DNA of 63,713 nucleotides, filler included, from Thraustochytrium aureum (Eukaryota): the NCBI GenBank assembly GCA_012862495.1. It is 10 parts of 6 records of this genome, joined end to end, with 100 filler letters (N's around TTAATTAATTAA, not from the genome) between each part and the next. Parts side by side here need not be neighbours in the genome. Positions count along the whole stretch, not along the records: positions 1 to 21,910 come from BLSG01000111.1; 9 more parts are not named here. One strand, written 5' to 3'. A program made the translations under genes and the position numbers. The notes below the pieces were generated by a model. The model searched no databases. It saw nothing but the letters and a program-made list of their open reading frames with translations, and was not told the DNA's origin. Every line of letters starts with the position of its first letter. Positions within the stretch are counted from its first letter, which is position 1. Below, one piece after another: positions 1-12,374 of the stretch.

Positions 1-203
1 CTCAGCGCCGGACTCTGCAACACAAACCGTCGCAGCTTTCCCCACCAAATGGAATGCATCCAACAAAGTCGAAATCAAAAACGAACTCCAAAGCTTTTTT
101 TGTAAATTTAGGTCTGGTTGCGCTGCGACGACCGAGACCACCACCAACCAACCGCCTCGACCAGATCAGCTCGGGTGGGTGCAGGCCAAGGACTGCGGCA
201 CAA

Positions 204-3200
204 TCAGAGAAATTCCTCAAAGCCCTTGAGGAGGTCTGGATGGTCCGCAAACATTACCACGACGCGCTCCACCACACGGTCGGCCGTGATCTTGCTGTGC
301 TTAAAGTCCCCCATGAGTTTCAGAAACGAAGCGTAGACCTCCGGCCGGTGCTGGAAAGTGTCCCGCACCTTTTGCAGGAACTCCATCGGTCCGGCCGAGT
401 CCTCGGGGCCAGCCTTTGGTTGGTCGGATTCGGGGCCCCCCCGATTTTACCATTGTTGCTTGTTGGCGCTGCTGTGGACTTTGCTGGGGGCTTTTCGCTC
501 AGCGTCGCACCCAGCTTGGGCGGTTTGATCTTGTCGGCGTTTTGCGGCGACGAAGGAACCGAGGCCGCCTCCTGCTTGACTTGCGCTGGGGCGTTCTGCA
601 CCGGCTTGTCAAATGCCACCGGCGAGGTGCGAGGGAGCCGGCGCAGCGTGGCCTCCTTCGCTTTGCGCACTTTCTTGACTGCTTCACCGCCTCTCTTGCT
701 CGAGGGTTTAGGCTCACTGCTGTGGCTACGAGCCTTTGCGGAGCTTTGTGCGCTGCTGCCGTGCAGCCGAAGGCGCATCTGGCTGGCTTGCTGCTGCAAG
801 CGCTCCTCCTCCTCCGCCTGTAAAAGCAGCTGCAGTCGCGCCCGCTGCTGAGCCTCCACGTCGGAACCCATCCCCTGCCACAGCGCCGGGTGCTGAAAGC
901 CCATCGCCCGACTCAGAGACGCTCGCTCTTCGTTGGCGAGGCGGTCGTTGAGCAGCTGCTGCTGTTGCTGTTGCAACAGCGCCGACTGGAACAGCTGGTA
1001 GTCGTTACTCTCCGTTTGAGCCCCCAGCGAGGCGCCAAGCGAGCCGGCCTGGTTGCGTTGCATCAGGTCGTCCATAGCCTGCATCCGTAACAGCATGAGC
1101 TGGTCCGGCTGGAGCAAGTGCTGGTCCAGCCCTAGTTGCTGCGCCTGCAAGCTCGGCAGCCCATGGCCGGCGAACTGCTGGAACAGCGTTGGCTGCTGGA
1201 ACTGCTGCTGCGCTTGCAGGGTGGCCATGTGCGCCAGCAGCTGGTTTTGCGTCAAGTTGTCGTACTCGTCCTCGACTGCCGCCCTCAAGTGACGCGCGCT
1301 GAGAGGGTGCTGGCCGTCCATCGAGTCGCTGAGCTGCGAGCTCGAGCGCGGCCGGCTCGTGCCGGCATGCTCGTTGATCGCAGCGTCCATGGCCGCAGAG
1401 CGCTGCAACATCGCGAAGCGACGCTCCAGCTCCTCTATGTTCAATTCTTTCTGGTAGATGAGCAGCTCCTCGTGGGCAACCTCTCCGGGCAAAATCCTGC
1501 ACTCCCGCTTGGCAAACTCCAACGCCATCTTGTGCTCCTGCAGGGCCAGGCGCTCGCGCTCAATCATGGCGAGGAACTCGCGGTGCTGCCCTTCGACGAG
1601 AAGCTCTGTTTGCTGTTGGCGCTCTGCTTCTTGCCGCAGCTTGCGCTCGCGCACCTTGAACGGCTTGCGCTGCTCGGTGTCCATGTTGTTCCACGTCTCA
1701 TGCAGCTCGCGCTGGATCTCGCGCTGCTTGAGCAGCGGATAGGCTTTCAGCATTTTGGGCCGCGCCTCCAAGCAATACAAGGAAAACGCTGTCGGCGGGC
1801 GCCGAAACGACGAAAAAGACTCCTTGAGGCTGGCCGACCCGCTCGAGGACCTCACAAGGGCGTCTGGCCCGGTTCCGTGATTATCGCTCCGGCCGCGCTT
1901 TCGGGAGGGCTCGATGGCGTCGTCCTGCGCCAGGCTGTGCATGTTGCCCGCGCTGGCGACTCCGTAGGTGTGCTGTATTTTCGACTGTTCCACCTCGATC
2001 TGCTCAAAGATGGACCGCAACAGCCTCCTCTTTGTCTCCTCGGATTGGTGCATGTCATTCTGGATTGCTTCCACATGCAGCTGCAGCTGAATCAACCGAG
2101 AATGCGAGTCTTGCAACGCCGTCTGGACTCCGTTTGGCGCCCCCAGCGCGCTGTTCGCCGCGAGGCCCCTGTACGCGTCGCTCAGGCCCGGCATTTGCGG
2201 GGACGTGAACCCAACGGTGGGGCTGGGCAGCATGCCTGGAACAACCCCTTGCAAACCAGCAAGCCTAGCCTCTTGGAATGCGGCGGCGGCCGCCGTAGAT
2301 GGGACGGGCCCAAGGGCGACGGCTCCCGCACCGGCCTCTGGAAGCTTCGAGACGCGCACTTTCCCCTTTCGCGGGCCCTTTGGGGCGAGACCCTTGCTTC
2401 GATCGTCTGCAGCCGCGCCAGCCCTGACGCCTGCGGCGGCTTCCCTTTCCGCCGGCTTTGCAGTCATGGCCGCGTTGGGTCCTGACGCAACCCGGCCTGC
2501 AATGGGCTGTGCGCTGAGGCTGGCGACGGGCTTGGCGGCCTGGCCGTTCTGCATCTGCACAGAGCGAACGACTGTCGACGAGGACAGTCCCATCCGAGCT
2601 GCGGATTGCACGATTGCCACGGCGGCGGCGGCAGCATCGGCGTCCGTCTCCCCCGGGCCGTACAAGATCTCTTCAATGGCGGCGACAGCCGAACTCGGCG
2701 AAGGAGCGGAAGCCACAGCCTCTGCGATCTCGGGCGTTGCCAGCGCATCGAGATTGGCGTTTTTTGCGTCGCTGTTTGATGTGCCGGAAAGCAGCTCGTT
2801 GGTTTGCGCTTCCTTGATCACCGCAAGGGCGTTGTGGTACTGCATCGACATGCAGGTCGCAGTTTCGGCAGGAACCAGCCAAAGCACCGCCCCAGTGCAC
2901 CGGTCAAAATAATAGGGCCTCATGGCCGAGAGGTCAAAAAACGCAACGAGGCGCTCGCTGTCCCCCAGCGTAATCGCCTCTCTCGAGCCCTTTGCCGATT
3001 CGTGGGGCGCCGAGGTGTGCCATCTGAGGCACTGTCTCCTGGTAGCTTGCCCGCTTCTAAAGGCGCAGCCACAATCACAGCGCTGGAGGTGACCGTAACT
3101 GTACGCGCCGCGGGTCTCAAATGCAGCATCTTCGTCAGCGTCCAACGCTCTGGGCGCCAGGGCTTTACGAGGCGGCCAGGGACGTGGCGCTTGGCGAGCG

Positions 3201-3291
3201 GCAGCGCGGCGCCACGGCAGGGCCGCAGCTGCATCCCCTTTGGCCTCGCCATCGGCGCAGGGTGCCCTATGTGCACGTTGATGTCCTCGAG
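204..3291 (-). CDS. HMG-box protein with WW-like motif, Gln-rich region and C-terminal Sin3-type PAH domain (5' end in gap; frameshifted)
   Basis: HMG box RPPTAFSLYCLEARPKMLKAYPLLKQREIQRELHETWNNMDTEQRKPF (~1660-1805); WW-like FFDLSAMRPYYFDRCTGAVLWLVP; polyQ tracts. The PAH domain EFLQKVRDTFQHRPEVYASFLKLMGDFK...VVERVVVMFADHPDLLKGFEEFL (204-386) is in another frame and joins via a C7 run at 436-442. Confidence 0.7.
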
Positions 3292-3654
3292 NNNNNNNNN
3301 NNNNNNNNNNNNNNNNNNNNNNNNNNNNNNNNNNNNNNNNNNNNNNNNNNNNNNNNNNNNNNNNNNNNNNNNNNNNNNNNNNNNNNNNNNNNNNNNNNNN
3401 NNNNNNNNNNNNNNNNNNNNNNNNNNNNNNNNNNNNNNNNNNNNNNNNNNNNNNNNNNNNNNNNNNNNNNNNNNNNNNNNNNNNNNNNNNNNNNNNNNNN
3501 NNNNNNNNNNNNNNNNNNNNNNNNNNNNNNNNNNNNNNNNNNNNNNNNNNNNNNNNNNNNNNNNNNNNNNNNNNNNNNNNNNNNNNNNNNNNNNNNNNNN
3601 NNNNNNNNNNNNNNNNNNNNNNNNNNNNNNNNNNNNNNNNNNNNNNNNNNNNNN

Positions 3655-4985
3655 CCTCCCACTTGGCCTTGCGAAGGAGGCGCCTATGCTTGCGCTTTGC
3701 CGGGCCGCTCGGCGCCTGCGATGTGGCGGCCTCAACGCGCCCTCGCTTCACGCCAACCTCAAGGTCCTCCTGAGCTCCAGCGACGCACTCAGGTTCGCCG
3801 ATCAGGAACGGCGTAAGCCGGTCCAACTGCGAGGCGCCGGCGCCGCAGTGCATGTACAGCTGGTGCCTGCAGAGTAACTGCCCATTCGTTTCGTTCTCCT
3901 CCCCTGCCGCGACGCCCTCGGTTGGGTGCGGAATACATACCTCTGTCGAAGGCGGCCCGTGCACGACTACAACCTGTCGGTCGCGACGCGCCAGGTCATC
4001 CAGCAGCCCGCTCTGCGAGATGTCCTTGCTGGTCACAAACAGGTTTCCGCAGGCGTCGCGCCCAGGGATGGGGTCGTCCGCGTTCGGTCCGTCCATCGAG
4101 GGCGCCCCGGGCACGACAGGTGGCGGCGGGAGCGACGCGTCGCGCTTGGATGGGATCGGCGCCGCCGCCGCCTCTTCTCTGATCGCCGCAACAACCTGGG
4201 CCTGCTGGGCGATCAGAGCGTCGAGCTTTGCGTCCATTTCATGCAACAGCTCAAGGCCGGCCCGGACCCCGCTGACCTCTGCGGAAGCGTCCGCCTGTGC
4301 GGACACGGTGATGTCGACGTCGACGAGAGCCCTAGCGGCGTCCACCAGGAACGCGCCAACCTCGTCCACGACGTTGAGCAACTTGGTTTGCGACTTTCTT
4401 GCGGCGCGACGGAGGATGTCGTGTCGCGCCTTGGCCTTGAACTCGTCCAGGCCGCGCCCAACGGGCAAGCCGCGCAACACCAGTTTGCCACGGTACTCGG
4501 CCTGCGGGTTGGAGGCGGTGGTGGCTAACCAGCTGACTTGGACCGGGACCTTTTCGATCTTGTCCAAGCCAGCGCGCGGGAGGACCTCGCGGTTGAGGAA
4601 CAGTTCCACAGCGGCGATGTCCACATTGGTCTGCCGTTTCCCCCCGTCTGTGCGCGCGCGGATGTTGTGCACAGTGAAGGCGACATCTACGCCCAGCAAG
4701 TCGGAGCCCAGGTTGACCCACAGGTCGGCGCCTGGTCCAGCTCGCACGGCAGCATGCGCGTTTGCCTTGGAGCTATTCCTCTGGCGGCCACCGCGTGTGC
4801 TCGGCGCAGGGCGACGAGGCCAACCTCGTCCAGCACGGAAGCCACGGCACTGAGTCGATCCTGCGACTTGGCTCCAATCGCCTCTGCGAGGGGCCGCCAC
4901 GAGACGGCGCTGACGCCTTGGCGCTCTGCTTGCTGCAGGTGCTTGATTGTCGCGCCCACAACGACCTTGAGCTGCGTTTGGTGCT
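3655..4985 (-). CDS. Coding segment of unknown function between two gaps, possibly the upstream part of the HMG-box gene
   Basis: Long open frame with protein-like composition (DLWVNLGSDLLGVDVAFTVHNIRART..., coiled-coil-like LHEMDAKLDALIAQQAQ). Likely frameshift near 4760. Confidence 0.4.
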
Positions 4986-6026
4986 NNNNNNNNNNNNNNN
5001 NNNNNNNNNNNNNNNNNNNNNNNNNNNNNNNNNNNNNNNNNNNNNNNNNNNNNNNNNNNNNNNNNNNNNNNNNNNNNNNNNNNNNNNNNNNNNNNNNNNN
5101 NNNNNNNNNNNNNNNNNNNNNNNNNNNNNNNNNNNNNNNNNNNNNNNNNNNNNNNNNNNNNNNNNNNNNNNNNNNNNNNNNNNNNNNNNNNNNNNNNNNN
5201 NNNNNNNNNNNNNNNNNNNNNNNNNNNNNNNNNNNNNNNNNNNNNNNNNNNNNNNNNNNNNNNNNNNNNNNNNNNNNNNNNNNNNNNNNNNNNNNNNNNN
5301 NNNNNNNNNNNNNNNNNNNNNNNNNNNNNNNNNNNNNNNNNNNNNNNNNNNNNNNNNNNNNNNNNNNNNNNNNNNNNNNNNNNNNNNNNNNNNNNNNNNN
5401 NNNNNNNNNNNNNNNNNNNNNNNNNNNNNNNNNNNNNNNNNNNNNNNNNNNNNNNNNNNNNNNNNNNNNNNNNNNNNNNNNNNNNNNNNNNNNNNNNNNN
5501 NNNNNNNNNNNNNNNNNNNNNNNNNNNNNNNNNNNNNNNNNNNNNNNNNNNNNNNNNNNNNNNNNNNNNNNNNNNNNNNNNNNNNNNNNNNNNNNNNNNN
5601 NNNNNNNNNNNNNNNNNNNNNNNNNNNNNNNNNNNNNNNNNNNNTGTGGAGGCTCGCTGTCGCGTCTCTGGTCATCATCGCGGTGGGATGATGGATCCCT
5701 GGGCTGCTGCGAGGTCGATCGTGGCGAGGGTTGTTTGTCTGTGGATAGATTGGGTTCTTCAATTGAGCTCAGCGCTGCGCTGCGGGAAAAGTCGTGTTTG
5801 GAGGTTTTGATTGAGCGGATGCTCGTTGTCGCGCCTCCGGTCTGCATCCCACTGCGATGGATCCCCGGGGCTACTGCGAAGTCAATCTTGCCGCAATTTA
5901 CCTGAGAGCAAAGCGCAGCGCAGGGAGCAATGTCGAGTTTGAGTTTTAAAATGGGTTGATCTTCGTCGGCGGTTTGACGCGCGTGCTTTCGTCTCACCGT
6001 ACGTGCTTGCTTTCAGAGCTCTAGCT

Positions 6027-8539
6027 CTAGAAGAGGCCGTGCTGCTTCTTCACCGCGGCGAGGCGCCATGCGGGCAGGGTCGCGGCAGCCTCGGGCTGCA
6101 TCCCGAACAGCCGTACGTACTCGTCTGGGAGGAGGTGCAATTCGAGGGACGTCCGGTTGAGACCGTATTTTTCAGTTTGGCCCTCGCGGAGCAGATCAAG
6201 GATCTGCTGGTGCGTGAATATTGCGCCAGCTTTTGCCTGTGACGCGGCCGCCGCCGCAGCAGGCCCGGCTTCGGACGCAGCAACACGAGCCTGGTCGCCG
6301 AGGTCGCTGCTGAGGCGCTGCAGTCCCCTGCTCGAGCCACGCGTACTCGTCCCTGCAAAGTCCTCGAGCGTAAAGTGCTTGCGTTCGACGCCTGACTGTA
6401 TCGTGTGCGTATTGTACAGGTCGGGGCCTTGGCTGAAAATCTTGCGCAGCCGTGCGACGGCCTTCGCGTCCGCAGAGACGGCTGGGGCAAGCCGCTCCGC
6501 GACCTCCCACACCTCGGCCGGGAAGTTGTTGGAGGATAAAAGCCACGTCTTGGTCTTGAGAACGGCCTCCTCGTCCTCCGTTGATACCCCGCCGTGCTTG
6601 ACCCCGTCGTCCTCGGCGGGGGCGAGGCTCGAGCTTGGTGCGCTGGGCGGCTCGCTGAACAGCACCGCAGCCGACTGCTCTTGGTCCGCGCTCGGGACTT
6701 TAGCGTCGCACGCGCTCTCCGCTTGATCGGAGGAAGCGTCGCCGACCATCTCCTCATCTGAGAGAGGCGCAGACGGTTCGGANNNNNNNNNNNNNNNNNN
6801 NNNNNNNNNNNNNNNNNNNNNNNNNNNNNNNNNNNNNNNNNNNNNNNNNNNNNNNNNNNNNNNNNNNNNNNNNNNNNNNNNNNNNNNNNNNNNNNNNNNN
6901 NNNNNNNNNNNNNNNNNNNNNNNCGCAGACGGTTCGGACGCAGACGTGCCGCTGTCGACCATCTCGCTTGCACGAGCCTGCCATGATGCGGAGACCCGCT
7001 CGAGGCGCTCCGACAGCGCAGCAGCGCGCTCCGACAGGTCCACCCCAGCGCCCTGCAACTCTGCTCGCACGGACTGAGAGCGAGACATGGCCGCCGCCTT
7101 CGCTTGGCGCTCGCGAGCTTGGAATGAGCTTGCGAGGCTTTCTTTCGTCGAGGAGAAGGCACGTGCAGAAACGGCCCCGGCGATGCGCATCGGGGGGCCT
7201 CTGGATTTTTGCTGCACAACATGTTGCTCGTGCTCTTTGGTTGCCTCCTCCTCGCGTTCCAAGGCCCGAGCTAGGCGGGCCTGGAGCTCCGCGAGCGAGG
7301 GCCGCTTCGATTCGATCAACTCGACGCACTTGCTCACGAAGGCGCTGAGGCCCACGATGTCGTTGCCGAGCGCCCCACAGCCGAGGAAGGCAAGCGTTTG
7401 CGTCGCTGTTTCAAACACGCGTTCGCGCGAGCGAGCAAGAAGGCCAGGCGCGGCCGCAGCAGCGAGAACGCCGCGTCGAGGTGCGCGAACAGGTCCTTTG
7501 TTGGCAGCCGGTCTCGCGCGGCTGCGGCGACGCTGGCTTGCAAGCTGACGTCGTTGAGCTGCTTCACCACGCGCGAGATGATCGTGGCGAGCGGTGTCCC
7601 TCCGGCTTGGTCGCGCCTGCGACCGGACAGCTCGCGCAACGCCCAGTCGAGGTCTGCCATGGCTTGGCGATCCGCTGGTGAAAGTTCCAGCACCAAGTGG
7701 ACACCAGCCGAGAAAGCGTGGTCGAAGCGGCTGCGCAGCTCGAAGAGATCCAAGAGCGAGGAGAACTCGATGGTGCTGGGGGCCGCGCTGTTCAGGCCGT
7801 GCGCAACCGCCCTGGCGTGGCACAGGATGCGCGCGACCAGGGCGGTGCCTTGCTCTGCCGTTACGTACGCGCAGGCTCGCTCGACTCTGGCGATTTCGAG
7901 CGATTGCTGGCCAAGGATTCTGCGCGCTTGCAGCGCGCACTGCAGGCACGCAATGCGCTGCTTGATGTTGGGGACCCCAAGGTCTTCGACGACACCTCCG
8001 CGGTCGCGCACGGTGATCACCTGCGTGCAAGCGATGTCCAGGTCCGCGAGCAGCGCGCGCGCAGAGATGTTTCTGGCCTTTTCAACCAGCCCCGCGCGCG
8101 TGGCCGACCCGGCGTCGGCATTGAATAGGGCCATCACCTCGGCGGCGAACGCGTCGCCCGCAACCTCGCGCAAAACCTCCTTGGATGCCATGAAAGCGCG
8201 CAACCCAGAGCAGGCTGGCGCCACTGTCACGGCGAGGCAGCTGTCGCTGCAAAAGCTCAGAATGCGCGCGAGGGTGTCGCGGTCGAGCCTGCTGAGGTTG
8301 CCCATGCCGGCGAATTCAAAGTCGTACGCGGCGCGCGTGGGCTCGTCCGCCACGATGTTGAACAAGTATGGCAATGTCTCCTTGAGCACCAGGGCGCAGA
8401 CTAGACCGCTGCCTTCGTTGAGCACGAGCTGAAACGCGGTCTGCCCGCGCCCTGCCTCAAGCTCCGTGGGCAGCACGTACTCGTTCCACTTTTGCGAGGC
8501 AGCGAGCTTGCGCAGGAGGACGCCTATGATGCCCGACAT
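6027..8539 (-). CDS. Villin-headpiece protein with N-terminal F-box-like motif and degenerate formin FH2-like region (frameshift ~7412, internal gap)
   Basis: C-terminus LELHLLPDEYVRLFGMQPEAAATLPAWRLAAVKKQHGLF* matches the villin headpiece consensus. LSRLDRDTLARILSFC...VAPAC is F-box-like. ORF 7334-8539 joins the 6027 frame with one extra T (GCG TGT TT[T] GAA ACA). Confidence 0.7.
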
Positions 8540-8751
8540 CCTGTTCGCTCGCTTTCTCTCGTGCCGGCTTGCCAGTCCGTCGCGTGCCCGAGTTATGGCT
8601 TTGGCGACTTCGCTAGCTGGAGGCCTACGGATCTTGCCGGGCCGCGCTGCACGTGCCTGCGTCCCTTGGAACGCTCAAAAGAACGCTCCACTGTTCACAC
8701 GGAACACCTTGACAAAACCTCGCGAGACAGGGCGTCTCTGTGCGTCGGCGA

Positions 8752-8781
8752 CGGAGGCCGCGTGCTGAAGAGCCCCCAGAG
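8752..8781 (+). repeat. 30-bp copy of the dispersed repeat also found at 14240 and, in part, at 13926
   Basis: CGGAGGCCGCGTGCTGAAGAGCCCCCAGAG is identical to 14240-14269. Confidence 0.85.
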
Positions 8782-8955
8782 CGGTCCCGGGCTGGGTTGA
8801 CAGTCATCGCTGTTGCGACTGCAGCCCTACAGCTGGACGCATGAACAAGTCCCAGGACTCCGCCAAGTCGACATCAAAAGAGAAAGCTCTTGTTTTGGCT
8901 TGGTTGATCAAGAGGCAGGCTGCTCTCGTGCGAAGCAGTCCACTTTGCTTGGAGT

Positions 8956-10955
8956 TTAGATCTGAGTGACAGCCTGCGGCGGCCGCTGCGTGCCCGCATT
9001 CGTCGAATCGCCATTGGCGTGGTAAGCCGACTTGGTGGCGGCCGGGCTCCCAACAGTTGTCTTGCGACCGAGTATGAGGACCGCGATCAGGATGAGTGCA
9101 AGACCCAGCAGCACGCCGAGAGCAATCGTTGCCGACTTGAACGCCTTCGAGACGCCCCCCTCGCTAGTCCCGGGGGACGGCGTCGGCGAGGGCGCGGTGA
9201 CATCGAGGAGGTTCTCGGTGGGAACCTTTAGCGGCAGCTCGATCGTCCCGGATTCGGGGCGCGGGATGTTGACCCGAATCGCCACAATGTTGTTGTCGTA
9301 CGTGACTTCTGCAAAGACCCGCGAGGGGTTGACCTCGATTTCGAGGACGTACTCGCCGGCGGGCAGGTCGGTGATGTCGAGCCACGAACAGTCAAGCGAC
9401 CAGCCGTAGACATCGACCCAACCGCGCTGGATTCCTTGAAAACCGCAGTCGAATTTGCGGTTGCAGGAAATGCCCGTTGGGCCGGGCTCGACGCGGGCCG
9501 TGTCCTCGAGGCAGTAGGCGTACTTGCCCCCGCCCAGGACTCGGCGCCGGCCCGTCTTGTCCATGAGGCGGTAGCTGGCAAAGTCGCGGTAGTGGTAGTG
9601 TTGGTGGCACCAACCATACTCGAAGAGGTCCGGGCGTGTTTTGGGCGGCTCGGGCGCAAAGTCCGTAAAGCCTTGGTTGACCGCCGCGCTCGTAAACCTG
9701 AGCAAGCGGCGAACCCCCGGCTTGTCCACGCACTTCTCGACCAGCGCACAGCTCGAATTTGGAAAGTTGACGTCCTGCAAGAACANNNNNNNNNNNNNNN
9801 NNNNNNNNNNNNNNNNNNNNNNNNNNNNNNNNNNNNNNNNNNNNNNNNNNNNNNNNNNNNNNNNNNNNNNNNNNNNNNNNNNNNNNNNNNNNNNNNNNNN
9901 NNNNNNNNNNNNNNNNNNNNNNNNNNNNNNNNNNNNNNNNNNNNNNNNNNNNNNNNNNNNNNNNNNNNNNNNNNNNNNNNNNNNNNNNNNNNNNNNNNNN
10001 NNNNNNNNNNNNNNNNNNNNNNNNNNNNNNNNNNNNNNNNNNNNNNNNNNNNNNNNNNNNNNNNNNNNNNNNNNNNNNNNNNNNNNNNNNNNNNNNNNNN
10101 NNNNNNNNNNNNNNNNNNNNNNNNNNNNNNNNNNNNNNNNNNNNNNNNNNNNNNNNNNNNNNNNNNNNNNNNNNNNNNNNNNNNNNNNNNNNNNNNNNNN
10201 NNNNNNNNNNNNNNNNNNNNNNNNNNNNNNNNNNNNNNNNNNNNNNNNNNNNNNNNNNNNNNNNNNNNNNNNNNNNNNNNNNNNNNNNNNNNNNNNNNNN
10301 NNNNNNNNNNNNNNNNNNNNNNNNNNNNNNNNNNNNNNNNNNNNNNNNNNNNNNNNNNNNNNNNNNNNNNNNNNNNNNNNNNNNNNNNNNNNNNNNNNNN
10401 NNNNNNNNNNNNNNNNNNNNNNNNNNNNNNNNNNNNNNNNNNNNNNNNNNNNNNNNNNNNNNNNNNNNNNNNNNNNNNNNNNNNNNNNNNNNNNNNNNNN
10501 NNNNNNNNNNNNNNNNNNNNNNNNNNNNNNNNNNNNNNNNNNNNNNNNNNNNNNNNNNNNNNNNNNNNNNNNNNNNNNNNNNNNNNNNNNNNNNNNNNNN
10601 NNNNNNNNNNNNNNNNNNNNNNNNNNNNNNNAGGGCACAGGCCACAGAATCCACCGCATCCATCCTCGCCGCACTCGAGTCCGCTGCACTCTGGCGCGCA
10701 GTCGACGCGGCACTCGGGGCCGTTCTCCTCAATCAGCTTGTGCGTGCAGGTCATGGAGACTTCGTCGCAAAAGTCCTCCGTCGCGGGCTCCATGTCATCG
10801 CAGGGAAGAACGACTGGGGAGCACCCTCCGCTCACGGTTTGCACCGAAACGCCATTGCAGTACACCCCGTCGTCGCAGACCAAGTCAAGCGCGGAGACCG
10901 ACGACGACAGCGCTGCCGCAGCTGCCGCCGCCAGCAGCGCCCGGACGGCTGGCAT
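8956..10955 (-). CDS. Lysyl oxidase-domain type I membrane protein with Cys-rich N-terminal repeats (internal gap)
   Basis: Signal peptide MPAVRALLAAAAAAALSSSVSA; Cys-rich CDDGVYCNG and CAPECSGLECGEDGCGGFCGLCP; LOX motifs WCHQHYHY, GKYAYCLEDT, QGIQRGWVDVYGWSLDCSWLDITD and VNPSRVFAEVTYDNN; C-terminal TM helix IALGVLLGLALILIAVLILG. Confidence 0.88.
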
Positions 10956-12374
10956 TGTTGCAAGGAGTCTCTGCTGCACAGCCGTGTAGCGGTGGGCTTT
11001 GTGGTGCCTGCGATCTTCTCGAGCTGTGTTTGGTGTTTGTTTGGGCGGGGTTTGGTTTGCTTTTGGCGGAGCTCCTGCCGCCCCCGTCTCTTTCGAGTTG
11101 TGACGACTCGCAGAAAGGGCTTGAGCACTGAGGGTTTTTGCGCGAGGCTGGAGCAGTGGAGTCTTGCTTCTCGAAGCTCACTCCTTTCTTCAGCTGCGAA
11201 AGACGCCGCTCAGGCGATCGGTTTGCGAAGGGAAAGCCAACCAATTTCCACAACAACAAACATCATCATGATAAGCCTACTCACCCGGACGGATCGCTCC
11301 TCCTTGCCCGCATTGCTCTCAGGCCGTTGCCGCAGTTGGCCGCGTTTTCTCTTCTGTGTCTGCGCAGTTGAGGAGACTTGCCCTGCTTGGCATTGGCTTG
11401 TGCGCCGGTTGCTTGAAACTCGATCGACGAGGAAGTTGATCAAGAGAAGTGCTGGTGCTCGCTCCGTTGGTCGAATCCTCTAGCTCTAGAGAGTTGGCCC
11501 TGCGAGCAGCGGAGCCGCGCGCGTTTGGCCTGCTCCGCCCCCTACTCTGCGGGCTTACCAAGAGAGATCCGACTTGGCCGGCTTGCGCGTTGGTTTGGTT
11601 GCGCGAGAGTCGGTCATGCCATGCGCACATCACAAGAACGAGGGTGAGTGGAGGAAATGGAGGGACATGAAAACTGCGCGCCATCGATTCAAGCTTGAGT
11701 TTTCTTGCCAAACGTTTCCGAGTCCAAGCAAGGAGGATCGACCGTCCTTGTGCATCGTCGTAGGTACACAGCCTGGATTTTGACCGCCTCCAACGCCGCC
11801 CTNNNNNNNNNNNNNNNNNNNNGCTAGCTAGTCTCGTCACGCGCCGCCCAACAGTCACGTGAGCGACTTCAAGGCGCCTCCCTCAAATAAGAGGGAGGAT
11901 CTTGGGAAAACGAAATCCATTCGAAAACTTCTGCATACTTGAATCGGTGGGTCGTCAGGTACGTAGGTGAGTAGAGTTCTCCTCTGCTCGATCTCTTCGG
12001 TTCGGATTGGGAGTCCACGCGTCAGCCAACGCACACGCTCGAGCTTAGAGCACCGTGACACCGTGACAGTAGGTACCTCTCTTGAGCACGTAACTAACTA
12101 ATGCTCCAGGGGCCGGAGCAACCTTCCTTCGCTGCTTCGCCGCCCCCCTCCTTTAGTCTCGCCGCCCTCAAGAGCGCCCGCAGTTTCTTTATTCTTGAAT
12201 TTCAATACTCCGCGGAGCAGCTCAAGAGCGCTCGGCGGCACGGCTCATCAGGCAGACGAGGATCGTCGAGCCGTCGGATTGGGCGACGGGGAGCAGCGAC
12301 AGACAGGAAGAAGGAAGAAGAGAGCCCCAGCCCGCCCCGCGCGCCCTGAGGGGCCCGGCCTTTGGGCCCGCGCG

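Noticed and set aside
54..2485. Numerous long antisense and overlapping ORFs here and throughout the window
   Set aside because: These are shadow ORFs expected at high GC, with Arg/Ala/Pro-rich non-protein composition.
320..4900. Very long ORF-track entries spanning N gaps (for example 1526 aa, 919 aa, 862 aa)
   Set aside because: Lengths are inflated by read-through of Ns, and frame across gaps is unknown.
4780..4985. LAEAIGAKSQDRLSAVASVLDEVGLV resembling an E2F/DP winged helix
   Set aside because: It lacks the RRxYD motif; the similarity is too weak to call without a profile search.
6768..6945. 15-bp SEPSA-coding repeat flanking a gap, and a similar 18-bp DGPEVQ repeat at 16733-16770
   Set aside because: Ordinary coding minisatellites that probably caused the assembly gaps.
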